64,000 nt of DNA from Dehalococcoidia bacterium (GCA_965242755.1 OZ251500.1:2625339-2689338), one strand, 5' to 3'. Numbered from the stretch's first letter, positions 18,919-27,600 are shown. Numbers and translations: made by a program. Notes: generated by a model from the sequence alone, not told the origin.

Positions 18919-20726
18919 TGGTTCACATCATGCGAATGTATGCGTTGGCGGGCTGCATCGCGCTGCTGGGAGCGCTGGCTTGCGGCGGCGGGGAGCAGGC
19001 GCCGCAAGCGTCGGACTTGCCTTGCGCGAGCGAGGATGCGTCCTGCGCTCCGCGGGACGTGAGCGGTGTGGATGTCATTGGCGGGGGCGCATCGCATGGG
19101 GCGGCGTTTGGCCTGCCTCCGGACGCGCCTAGCGTGGAAGGCGTGCTGGAGAAGGGGCCCCGCGAGTCCGGCCAAGCCCCTGTGCATATCGCAATCCGAG
19201 GCATAGCTCAATCCGAGTCTGTCCGATGCGACTGGCACAGCGTCGTCCGGACCTTGGATTACCGCGAGAATGAAATACGCTTCTGGTTGGCCATTGACGA
19301 GGACGAGGCGTTGCCGGCTCCAAGCGAAGTGGAACGACGGCTAATGTCGCATGTGAACGGAATGCGCGCCGACCACCGGCCTGAGTGGACGGCTTGGGCC
19401 TCCGCGCTCGCCAATGGAGGCGTTTCTTCCGAGTACAACAGGCTGAAATGCTATGCTGACTACGCCGTTCAAGGCTATGTTCTCGGCAACGGACCGCGCG
19501 CGCTTACGGTGGCTTATGACAGACACGAGCGAGGCCCCTCCTACGGTCTGTACAGTCGCGCGCATGCGGCCGGGGCTTACCGCGGGGCGGCCAAACTCGG
19601 CGAAGCGGAGCATGCGACTGCGCTGGCGGAGATGGCTTATGAAGCCGCAGCGGAATTGAAGCAGGAGATTGGGTCTCGTCAGAGCGTCGTGTTTCTCACG
19701 CCAATGGGCGCGTTCGGCCCTGTCGCAGTCGAAGCATGGCAAGCAGTTGAGCAGTGGGATTTGCAACGAGCCGATGACGGGACGGTCAATGCCGTTCGCT
19801 ATGGCGCTCGAGAGGGGGATAGTGAGCAAACGCAAACGCTTGTCAACCTGCAAAGGCGCGTTACAACGGCGGCGGGAAGCGACGCTTTCGCGGGGAAGCG
19901 CATCGCCAACGCGAGCGGACTCGCGCAGTACTACCGAGACATCGGCGCCTACGGCGACATCACGCCCGGCGACGGCGAAACGGCGACGTTCACGCCGGCG
20001 CAGCCGCCTCCGAAGTGCGGCTCCGCGGTGGCGGATCACGCGGCGAATCCGGGCCTTGTTCAGGACTGCATGGCGCTGCTCGCGGCGAAGGACGAGTTGC
20101 GCGGAACGGGGGCGCTCAACTGGAGCGAAAGCCGCGCCATCGCCGATTGGGACGGCGTGAAAACGACGGGAACGCCCGCGCGAGTGACGCAGTTGCGAAT
20201 CGTGGACGGACGCCTAACCGGAACGCTCCCGGCGTCGTTGGGCAAACTGCCCGCGCTGACGCGGCTGTTTCTGAACGGGGGCGAGTTGACAGGCGCGATC
20301 CCGCCGGAGTTGGGCGACCTCGCGGCGCTGGAGCAGTTGCGCCTGAACGACAACAAGTTGACGGGGAGCATCCCGGCGGAGTTGGGCGGCCTAGCGAATC
20401 TGCGCGAGTTGTGGATTTCGGACAACGACCTCACCGGGTCAATCCCGTCGGAATTAGGGAGCCTGAGCAAGTTGGAGGTCTTAAGTCTGCTGAACAACGG
20501 CCTCACGGGCTCGATCCCGGCGGAGTTGGGAAGCCTCGGCAAGTTGACGCAATTGAGCCTAAGCAACAACGCGCTCAAGGGAAGCATCCCTGCGGAGTTG
20601 ACGAACTTGCGGAGCCTAGCCTGGCTGCGCTTAGGCGGCAACGCCCTAACAGGCTGCATCCCATCGCCTCTGCGAAGCGTCGCCGACCAAGACATCCACC
20701 GCCTCCGCAACCTCGCGGAGTGCTAG
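18918..20726 (+). CDS. Lipoprotein with unknown N-terminal domain and C-terminal plant-type leucine-rich repeats
   Basis: Signal/lipobox LLGALACGG. The C-terminal ~200 aa has an LRRNT-like cap (DCMALLAAKDEL..ALNWSE...W.GV) plus eight 24-residue repeats LxxLxLxxNxLTGSIPAELGxLxx. Start overlaps the RCC1 stop (TGATG). Confidence 0.85.
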   Translation: MVHIMRMYALAGCIALLGALACGGGEQAPQASDLPCASEDASCAPRDVSGVDVIGGGASHGAAFGLPPDAPSVEGVLEKGPRESGQAPVHIAIRGIAQSESVRCDWHSVVRTLDYRENEIRFWLAIDEDEALPAPSEVERRLMSHVNGMRADHRPEWTAWASALANGGVSSEYNRLKCYADYAVQGYVLGNGPRALTVAYDRHERGPSYGLYSRAHAAGAYRGAAKLGEAEHATALAEMAYEAAAELKQEIGSRQSVVFLTPMGAFGPVAVEAWQAVEQWDLQRADDGTVNAVRYGAREGDSEQTQTLVNLQRRVTTAAGSDAFAGKRIANASGLAQYYRDIGAYGDITPGDGETATFTPAQPPPKCGSAVADHAANPGLVQDCMALLAAKDELRGTGALNWSESRAIADWDGVKTTGTPARVTQLRIVDGRLTGTLPASLGKLPALTRLFLNGGELTGAIPPELGDLAALEQLRLNDNKLTGSIPAELGGLANLRELWISDNDLTGSIPSELGSLSKLEVLSLLNNGLTGSIPAELGSLGKLTQLSLSNNALKGSIPAELTNLRSLAWLRLGGNALTGCIPSPLRSVADQDIHRLRNLAEC

Positions 20727-20874
20727 GGGCGACCGCGCGGGGGCAACCCTCACCCGCCGCTGCGCGGCTGCCCTCTCCCAGAAGGAGAGGGCGGGATTGG
20801 CGCGGCGCCGCCGCATGGATGCCCGCCTACGCGGGTCGGGCGGCGGGTTATGCAAAGGTCTCCTTAGGGAGGAG

Positions 20875-21381
20875 CTAAGCCTCCGACTCCAGTCTGTCGA
20901 GCGCGGCGGAGGCCAGGGCGGACGCGGCGTCCGCCAAGGCGACGGCGGCGTCCGCGATGCTCGCGACATCCGCGAAGGAACTCCGCGCGTTGTCGTAGGC
21001 GTGGTTCACGAGGCTCTCCAGGCTCTCCGTCCTGTCTTCGTCGTCGCCGCGCGTGAAGGGGACGGGAACGAACTCTTCGGAGCCGCGGCTTGCGGCGACG
21101 GCGGCGGCCTTCGCCATCAAGCGGGCGGCGGGCCAAACGAACCCCCGGGAGAGCCCCTCGAACCAAGACGAGTCGGACCCGTCGTACCAGGTCGGAGGGC
21201 GGAACGAGCCGTGCTCGCACTCCTTTTCCACAATCCTGACGGCGTTGACGACGTAAGGCGTGGCCTCCCGAACAGCGAACGACTGCCCCAGTCCGTTGAG
21301 GATCCGCATGTCGATCTTGCCGCGGGCCTCCGCCCACGCCTCCCAAGCCGCGTCGACCAAATAAGCGATTCCGTCCGTCAT
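20875..21381 (-). CDS. Hypothetical protein (168 aa)
   Basis: Uninterrupted ORF with high-GC3 codon bias. No family recognised. Confidence 0.5.
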   Translation of the reverse strand: MTDGIAYLVDAAWEAWAEARGKIDMRILNGLGQSFAVREATPYVVNAVRIVEKECEHGSFRPPTWYDGSDSSWFEGLSRGFVWPAARLMAKAAAVAASRGSEEFVPVPFTRGDDEDRTESLESLVNHAYDNARSSFADVASIADAAVALADAASALASAALDRLESEA

Positions 21382-21531
21382 GCGCCAACTCCTTCCTGCG
21401 CGGGAACTCCGCCCGCCGCGTCACAGGAATGGTAAGCATGGGGCGCGAACCCCCGCAAGGCGCAAATGTCACACTGCCCGCTTAGCCCCCTGCGCCCGGC
21501 AACGCGCGCCCGTCGCCGCCTTCCCCGCCGA

Positions 21532-21906
21532 CTACCCAATCTCCAGCGTGGGGAACGCGCCGCGCTGGAGCGCGGCGGTGGCGAGCAGTTGCTGGAGGAC
21601 AACCTGCGCCTCAGGACGGCGGAGGTCGAGCGACGAGGCGCCGATTGCGCGGTAGAGCACGCCCGTGCCCACCTTCGCGGTCGTCTCCTCGCCGATCTCT
21701 TGCGGAAGGGGCGCGCCCAGCGCGTCGGCCATCGCTTGCGCTTGCATCGCGCCGACGCCGGACGCATGCGTCTTCGTCAGCGCGCGCCCGTTGTGGAGCA
21801 GCGTGTAGCCGTTCTTGTTGCGCCGGATCGTCACCGGCGTCTCGCCGCGCGGACGGTTGATGAGCCGCTCGGCGTAGTCCAGCGCTTTCGTTCGGGAGAG
21901 GGCCAC
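21532..21906 (-). CDS. Hypothetical protein (~124 aa), downstream of SDR
   Basis: C-terminal portion of the 536-aa track ORF. Proposed GTG start at 21906 with GGAG 9 nt upstream, lying 23 nt after the SDR stop. No family recognised. Confidence 0.45.
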   Translation of the reverse strand: MALSRTKALDYAERLINRPRGETPVTIRRNKNGYTLLHNGRALTKTHASGVGAMQAQAMADALGAPLPQEIGEETTAKVGTGVLYRAIGASSLDLRRPEAQVVLQQLLATAALQRGAFPTLEIG

Positions 21907-21929
21907 GAGCGGGCTCCGTCGGCGCGCCG

Positions 21930-22835
21930 CTAGAGCGTTCCGGCGGCGCGGGCGGCCTCGACGTCGGGCGGGTGCCCCCACGTCTCGAATCCGCCGAGCC
22001 CGTTTTGCTCGTTCCACTCCATGCAACTGATCCAGCGCCCGGTGACGCCGCTCGCATCCTGCTGCGCGAGATGGAGCGCGAGAGGGACGACGTTGTCGGC
22101 GCGGACGCGGCGCGGCGTCCAGTTGGCGGGCTCCTGGCCGAGCCGCATTCGGATCTCGTGGCGGACGGCTTCCTGCTCGTCGGAGCCGGTCGTGGCGGTG
22201 TGGCCGGGCATCATCAGGTTCGCGGCGATGTTGTAGGACTTGAGTTCCTGCGCGAGGTAGATCGTCATCGAGCCCATCGCGGCTTTCGCGGGCTGGTACG
22301 CGCCCTCCCGGCTGAGGCCGTAGAAGACGGGCTCGCCCTGTCCGGCGGCGTGCGCGTTGAGCAACATACTCGACGAGGAGTTGATGATGCTGCCGGCGCG
22401 CTTCTCGATCATCGGCTGAACGAACCGCTTGATGACGCGGAGGTTGCCGAACACGTGCGTGCTGAACATCCGCTCCCACTCGCTGACGTCGGTTTCGAGC
22501 ACGGTGACGCTGCCGTGCGCGTCGAGGTAGAGGTCGCGCTGGCGCGTTCCGCCGTTGTTGATGACGACGTCCACCGTTCCGAACCGCGCCATCGTCTTCT
22601 CGTAGACGGCGTCCACGTGCGACTGCAGGGTAACGTCCATCGTCGCGGCGAGCGCGTTGGGGTTGTCCTTGATTTCGGCGAGGAAGTCGTAGTCGTCGTT
22701 GGAGACGCCGGTGGGCGCCCACGAGAGGTCGGTCGCGACGACTTTGGCGCCTGCGTTGAGGAAGGCGCGGACCATCTCGCGGCCCATACCCCGCGCGCCG
22801 CCGGTGATCAGCGCGACTTTGCCTGCCACGGACAT
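21930..22835 (-). CDS. Short-chain dehydrogenase/reductase (SDR) family oxidoreductase
   Basis: TGGARGMG Rossmann motif and NNGG. A catalytic YxxxK-like region (YQPAKAAM). ATG at 22835 with GGGAGG SD. Paralogous to 27696-28610. Confidence 0.9.
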   Translation of the reverse strand: MSVAGKVALITGGARGMGREMVRAFLNAGAKVVATDLSWAPTGVSNDDYDFLAEIKDNPNALAATMDVTLQSHVDAVYEKTMARFGTVDVVINNGGTRQRDLYLDAHGSVTVLETDVSEWERMFSTHVFGNLRVIKRFVQPMIEKRAGSIINSSSSMLLNAHAAGQGEPVFYGLSREGAYQPAKAAMGSMTIYLAQELKSYNIAANLMMPGHTATTGSDEQEAVRHEIRMRLGQEPANWTPRRVRADNVVPLALHLAQQDASGVTGRWISCMEWNEQNGLGGFETWGHPPDVEAARAAGTL

Positions 22836-23059
22836 CGCATTGCCTCCCTGGGTCTCTGTCAGCCGCAATCCTACGCGAATCGCGCGCCGTGCTCAAGGTG
22901 TGGAATGACATGGGCGGCAAACCCTCACCCGCTGCTTCGCGGCGCCCTCTCACGCCATCGAGAGAAGGCGGGATTGGCTCTATCGCGCCTACTGGGTTCC
23001 TGCCTACGCGGGAACCTGCTTGGCTGCGGCGCGCTATAATGCCACCGCAGAGGTGAACT

Positions 23060-23452
23060 ATGGCGAAAGCGCAAGGCTCCGCGACGATGGACGCGTCAAG
23101 CAAGGCGACGCTTGACGTGAGCATGGAGCATCCCGCGCTCACGCCGCTGACGCGGCGGCTCGCCGGCGAGTTGTGGGAAATCGTCCGCGCGAAGGCGGAA
23201 GCGGAAGGGCTGCTGATAGAGGAGGCGTGGCTGCGAGGCTACACGGATGTCGAAGGCGTGGACGAGGCGTATATCGCCGTGCTGTGCGCCGCGCCCTTCG
23301 AGCGCACGCTCGCCTTCCACAGGAGCCTCAGCGACGACCGCAGGCGTTGGTTCGATAGCATGGACGCGGAAAGCCGGGAGGCGGCGATGGATCTCAGGTT
23401 GAGCATCAACCCGGACCAGACGCTGTTCCCGATCTCCCCTGACGACCTGTAG
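23060..23452 (+). CDS. Hypothetical acidic protein, upstream partner of HEPN gene (possible antitoxin-like component)
   Basis: 130-aa ORF ending 6 nt before the HEPN start (operon-like). No clear MNT nucleotidyltransferase motif. The start could also be an internal Met. Confidence 0.5.
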   Translation: MAKAQGSATMDASSKATLDVSMEHPALTPLTRRLAGELWEIVRAKAEAEGLLIEEAWLRGYTDVEGVDEAYIAVLCAAPFERTLAFHRSLSDDRRRWFDSMDAESREAAMDLRLSINPDQTLFPISPDDL

Positions 23453-23458
23453 CCGCCG

Positions 23459-23866
23459 ATGCCGCTCGACCCGGAACGTTTCCTTGTCCAAGCGCGGCGT
23501 CTGGCGCGGACGGCGGAGAACGAGGCGGATCACCGCTCCGCGATCAACCGCGCCTACTACGCCTGCCATCTCGTCGCCCGAGATGCGCTGTTCGGCGTTG
23601 ACGCTGGAGGCGGCAGAAGGCCGTCGCACACAGCGGTCATCAAGTCCATCGCAACGCATCCGGGAGGAGCGGAAGATGCGGACGGCTTGCGGGAATTGAA
23701 GGCGATGCGCGAGGTCGCGGACTACGTCACGGATTCGTCGCATCCCGACGTTCAGCGCGTGTTCGCCGATGGCCGTGTCTCCGATTGGGCGGGCCTCGCC
23801 GCGCGCGCGTTGGCCACCGCGGGCGCGCTCGTTCCGCGTTTGCGGGCGCTGCCGCCTGGTGGATAG
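23459..23866 (+). CDS. HEPN domain protein
   Basis: HRSAINRAYYACHLVARDAL...SHTAVIKS...LKAMREVADY follows the classical HEPN helix pattern (S.AYYA..H.A...L....H......L......R..ADY). Confidence 0.7.
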   Translation: MPLDPERFLVQARRLARTAENEADHRSAINRAYYACHLVARDALFGVDAGGGRRPSHTAVIKSIATHPGGAEDADGLRELKAMREVADYVTDSSHPDVQRVFADGRVSDWAGLAARALATAGALVPRLRALPPGG

Positions 23867-23957
23867 ATGGCGGTTCCACGTTCCATGAGCGTTGGCCGAG
23901 TGCAGCGCAGCAATATGGTATGCTCAACATAGGATTCACTCACAGGAGCGGACGAGA

Positions 23958-24770
23958 ATGCGAATCTACCTCGCCAATGTCGGCGCGAATGTCTCCCTGT
24001 TCAACAAGCGCGGGCTTGCCAGCCCCGTCTTTGAGGACGGGCGTTTCGAGTTCCTGCCCATTCCTGCTGATAACCCGCGGCTGGACGAGTCGCCGAATGC
24101 GATTCACTACTCCGACCTGCGCTCCCACTACGACCCTGCCCAAGCCTTGACTTCCTACATACCTGACCACCTCTGGGGCAAGGCTGTCCACAACTCCCCC
24201 GAGTTCGAGAAATTCACCTATTGCGACGCTTGCGACGACTTCCCTCGCGCCGCGAACCTCAAGGAGGTTCAGCAGGGGGATGTCTTGCTGTTCGTGGCCG
24301 GTCTGAGGCTTTGGATCGACGGCAAGAGGACGAGCGAGTACGACTTGCACCTGATCGGGGGCTTTCGTATAGAGGAGGCGTTGCGCTGCGAGGGCGCGCC
24401 ACCGGATGAGAGAGTGGAGGACAGGTTCGCAGGAAACGCCTACGTGATCAACGGGCAGGAGACTGGGCGCTGGGATCCCGTAGTCGGCAACTGGCTATTC
24501 GCGGGCTCCCAAGACGGGTCGCGCCGCTTCAACAAGGCCGTCCCGCTCAATAGGGAAATCTGCGAGCAGGCGTTCGCGGCCGCTAACGGCGCCCCGTGGC
24601 GATGGGGCCGACAATCGGAGACCGCGACGGTCGCATCGTACACCCGCACCGCGCGCCGCTTCCTAGACACGAGCAACCCCGAAGAGGCGAAGCGCGCCGC
24701 CGTCCTGCGCGATTGGGTGGCGCGGCATACAGGAGAGGCGGATGCGGCGTTGCTTGGCGACGGAGCGTAG
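23958..24770 (+). CDS. Hypothetical protein, possibly Nmad3-like (nucleotide-modification-associated domain 3)
   Basis: ATG at 23958 with AGGAG SD. The N-terminus MRIYLANVGAN...GLASPVFEDGRFEFLPIP and the later GDVLLFVAGL...HLIGGFRIEE resemble my recollection of Nmad3-type proteins. This is not verified by search. Confidence 0.35.
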   Translation: MRIYLANVGANVSLFNKRGLASPVFEDGRFEFLPIPADNPRLDESPNAIHYSDLRSHYDPAQALTSYIPDHLWGKAVHNSPEFEKFTYCDACDDFPRAANLKEVQQGDVLLFVAGLRLWIDGKRTSEYDLHLIGGFRIEEALRCEGAPPDERVEDRFAGNAYVINGQETGRWDPVVGNWLFAGSQDGSRRFNKAVPLNREICEQAFAAANGAPWRWGRQSETATVASYTRTARRFLDTSNPEEAKRAAVLRDWVARHTGEADAALLGDGA

Positions 24771-24779
24771 TCGACGCGG

Positions 24780-25151
24780 CTAGGCCAACTTCTTCTTGAG
24801 GTTATCCCAAGTCCAAACGATCATCTCGCCGGCGCCTTTCATCGGCTGCCACTTCTTCCCCTGAGGCATGAGCTGAAACCGGCGCTTGTTCATGCCCGCG
24901 GCGATCGCTATCTCCTTGAGGACGCCGGGGGCGTTATGCGTGTTCTCTCCCAATATCACGACGAACACTTCGCAGCCCTCGATGGCCTTCCGCGCCTTGG
25001 TCAGCCACTCTTGCTCCGGCTTCCTCTCTTGGAGGGAAACATCGGTCACCGAAAATGGCGAATCTTGCCGTTTCGCTTGCGCGATCAAGTCTTCCTTGAG
25101 GTCGAGGTCGGTTCCGTAGTCGAAACTGACGAACACTTTCGTCTTGGCCAT
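24780..25151 (-). CDS. TIR-like domain protein (DUF1863 / MTH538 / ThsB-like)
   Basis: KVFVSFDYGTDLDL...I..CEVFVVILGENTHNAPGVLKEIAIA matches the DUF1863 TIR-like pattern, including the conserved Glu context. Locally reduced GC. Convergent with 23958-24770 (9-bp gap). Confidence 0.7.
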   Translation of the reverse strand: MAKTKVFVSFDYGTDLDLKEDLIAQAKRQDSPFSVTDVSLQERKPEQEWLTKARKAIEGCEVFVVILGENTHNAPGVLKEIAIAAGMNKRRFQLMPQGKKWQPMKGAGEMIVWTWDNLKKKLA

Positions 25152-25215
25152 CGCCTACCTTCCTCTTGCTATGGGGAGCAAGTACCAGGCGCAAGTCAGC
25201 GGAGACGCCGGCGCG

Positions 25216-27057
25216 CTACACCGCGCACTCGCCCTCTCCGCGCTCCACCTTGTAGAGGATCGTCTTCCCCCAGTCTATGTAGGAGTCGAGGTTCTCCTTG
25301 TTGAGCGCGCCCACCTCGCGGTACTTGGCGGCGATCTCCTCGAACGGCGCCGTGCCGGAGCGGTCGACGAAGTCGTTGAACGTCTCGCCGTCCGTCCGGC
25401 TGGCCTGGTAGTGGGAGAGGACGTCGTCGAGGAAGGCGGGGACGCGCTTGGCGGGCACCTTGCTCTTGACGCGGTGGCCGAACCGCGCCGCGTCCTGGTT
25501 GCCGTAGTTGCCGGCGAGGAACACCTCGTAGGCGGGCGCCTGGTTGCCGTCGCCCTTCATCGCCGCGCCGTGAAAGCCGATGTTGGCGATGTGATGGCGC
25601 GAGCATCCGTTGGGGCAGCCGCTGACCTTGACGTGCAGATTCTTGACGAGCGGGTCGTCCGCGCCGTAGTCGCGGATGCTCTTCCGCAGCGCCTCCGCGA
25701 CGCCCATCGAGGAGGTGATGCCCATCTTGCAGCTGTCCGTGCCGGGGCAGGAGACGACGTCGGTGATGGAGTTGGCGCCGTCCTCGGCGAGGCCGATGGC
25801 CTTGAGCGCCGTCCAAACGTCGTGCAGGCGGCCCTCCGGAACCCAGCGGTAAAGCAGGTTCTGCTCCGTCGTGGCGCGGACGCCGCCCGCGAACTTCCGC
25901 GCGATCTCCGCGAGCGCGGGGAACTGATGCGCGTAGATGTCGCCGAGCGGCAGCGTGACGTAGACAATGCAGTAGCCGTCCTGCCGCTGCGGGCGGACGT
26001 TGGACTCGCGCCACGCGAGGAACTCCGGCTCGTCGAGGGAGGGGTCGGCGGGGACGGGCGCCGGCGGCTGATCGATCATCTCCGGGGGCAACTCCATCCA
26101 GGGGGAGGGATCGAAGTCGGCGCTCGCCCAATCGCCCTCCATCTCCCTCTCGACCTCGGCGCGGAAGGCGTCGATGCCGACGCGGTCGACGTAGAACTTG
26201 ATGCGGGCGCGCATTCGGTTTTTGCGGAGTTCGTCCGTCCGGTGGAACACGCGAATGGCGGCCTCCGCGACCTTCAGGTACTCCGCGACGGGGACGAATT
26301 CGTAGAGCGTCCAGGCGAGGCGCGGCATTATGGACGTGCCGCCGCCGATGCGGATCTCGAAGCCCTTCTCCGGCGGGCTGCCGTCTTCGAGGTCGCGCAG
26401 TTTGGGAATGAACGCAAGGTCGTGGATGTCGGCCACGACCTCGTCGTCGCCGCCGCTGGAGAAGGACGTCTTCCATTTGCGGGGGAGCGCCTGCGTGTAC
26501 TCGTGGCGGAGGAAGTATCGGGCGTAGGCGGCGAGGTAAGGCGCGACGTAGAAGGGCTCCTCCGGCTTCACGCCGGAGAGGGGGTCGCCCGCGACGTTCC
26601 GCACCGTGTTGCCGCACGCCTCGCGGGTGACGAGCCCGGCTTCGCCGAGGATCCGCATCACGTCGGGCGTGTCGGCGAGCGGAACGAAGTGGATCTGCAT
26701 GTTCTCGCGCGTCGTGACGTGCCCCTTCTTGAGGGGGGCGTGCTTGGCGACGACCTCGCCGAAGGCGTCGAGGTGGTCGGCGGTGAGGGCGCCGCCGGGG
26801 ATCTTGATCCGCATCATCTGGACGTCGGGCTGGCGCTGGCCGTACACGCCTCGGACGAGGCGGTACATAATGAACTGCTCTTCGCTGGGCCACTCGCCGT
26901 TGAGGAAGCGGGTGGCTTCCGTCTCGAAGTCGTCGGCTTCCTCCGGGAGGTAGGGGAGGACGCTTTTGGCGTAGTCGTAGGTTTTCTTTTCCGCCGGGGA
27001 TTTGACGCCCCTAATGATGGGGCCTGCGGGCGCGGTGACGGGCGCGGTGGTGGTCAT
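25216..27057 (-). CDS. sir: Ferredoxin-dependent sulfite (or nitrite) reductase hemoprotein, siroheme/[4Fe-4S]
   Basis: SCPGTDSCKMGIT and VSGCPNGCSRHHIANIGF cluster/siroheme-binding motifs. Duplicated NIR_SIR architecture. ATG at 27057 with AGGAG SD. Confidence 0.9.
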   Translation of the reverse strand: MTTTAPVTAPAGPIIRGVKSPAEKKTYDYAKSVLPYLPEEADDFETEATRFLNGEWPSEEQFIMYRLVRGVYGQRQPDVQMMRIKIPGGALTADHLDAFGEVVAKHAPLKKGHVTTRENMQIHFVPLADTPDVMRILGEAGLVTREACGNTVRNVAGDPLSGVKPEEPFYVAPYLAAYARYFLRHEYTQALPRKWKTSFSSGGDDEVVADIHDLAFIPKLRDLEDGSPPEKGFEIRIGGGTSIMPRLAWTLYEFVPVAEYLKVAEAAIRVFHRTDELRKNRMRARIKFYVDRVGIDAFRAEVEREMEGDWASADFDPSPWMELPPEMIDQPPAPVPADPSLDEPEFLAWRESNVRPQRQDGYCIVYVTLPLGDIYAHQFPALAEIARKFAGGVRATTEQNLLYRWVPEGRLHDVWTALKAIGLAEDGANSITDVVSCPGTDSCKMGITSSMGVAEALRKSIRDYGADDPLVKNLHVKVSGCPNGCSRHHIANIGFHGAAMKGDGNQAPAYEVFLAGNYGNQDAARFGHRVKSKVPAKRVPAFLDDVLSHYQASRTDGETFNDFVDRSGTAPFEEIAAKYREVGALNKENLDSYIDWGKTILYKVERGEGECAV

Positions 27058-27119
27058 AGGCTGCTCCTGCGCGGACTCTTGGGATAAGGATACCACAGGC
27101 TGCGGGGGCGGGCGCGCGG

Positions 27120-27300
27120 GTTGCGCCCTGCGCCCCGCCCTGACCGCGAAAGCGGAAGCCTACCGAACGCGAAGCGCCAATACCAGCCTCTCCTTCTGGA
27201 GACCTTGCTTCTGGAGACCTTTGCATAACCTACCGTCATTCCCGCGTAGGCGGGAATCCAGTCGGCGCGACCGCGCCGACTGGAGGCTGCTGCAACGAAG
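27120..27300. repeat. REP-like modules plus solo IS5-type inverted-repeat copy (GGAGACCTTTGCATAAC at 27213)
   Basis: Has the hairpin CATTCCCGCGTAGGCGGGAATCCAGTCGGCGCG and a duplicated CTGGAGACCTT. It lies between leader copy 2 and the sir start. Confidence 0.8.
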
Positions 27301-27339
27301 GGGAGCGCCAGGAGTTGGCGGTCGGTGAGTTCGTCGCCG

Positions 27340-27600
27340 GTGGGCGTCTCATTTTGGGTCATTGGGGCCTCCTTTTTCCGTGTTGGCCTTGTTTCGGGCG
27401 TTTCGGCGCGCGACGGTTTGAGACGCTAATGAGACGTTTTGAGACAGGAATGAGACATTTTGAGACAATTTGAGACATTGGCCTTGCGCTCCTCTCCGTT
27501 CGCGCTTGTCGCCCGCCCTTTGTTGGGGTTTGGGGGCGTGATGGATCCATCGTAGGGGCGGGGTTGGCGGTCGCGCAAGGGGCATGTGTCGCAGTTGCGG
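27340..27600 (-). promoter_or_regulatory. Conserved leader/operator element, copy 2 (inverted relative to copy 1), upstream of sulfite reductase
   Basis: On the minus strand: TTGCGC (27573-27578), 18 nt, TACGAT (27549-27554). Six GAGAC cores on the + strand at 27420, 27431, 27441, 27452, 27462 and 27472. A complementary GTCTC lies at 27346-27350, just after the ATG at 27362. Confidence 0.6.

Noticed and set aside
21532-23142. The 536-aa ORF on the minus strand considered as a single gene.
   Set aside because: Its middle overlaps the well-supported SDR (21930-22835) in another frame and translates to Arg-rich low complexity. Only the last ~124 codons (21532-21906) look like a real, separate gene.
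23060-23452. The HEPN partner considered as a degenerate MNT nucleotidyltransferase (segment LRGYTDVEGVDEAYIAVL against the GS...DxD motif).
   Set aside because: The Gly-Ser and the second acidic residue of the catalytic DxD are not convincingly present. The similarity is too weak to assert without profile searches.
12030-27600. The inverted-repeat-bounded 15.5-kb block considered as a composite transposon or prophage.
   Set aside because: It has no integrase, recombinase or phage structural genes. It contains core metabolic genes (sir, SDR, amidase). The repeats are promoter-leader units facing inward toward genes rather than element termini.
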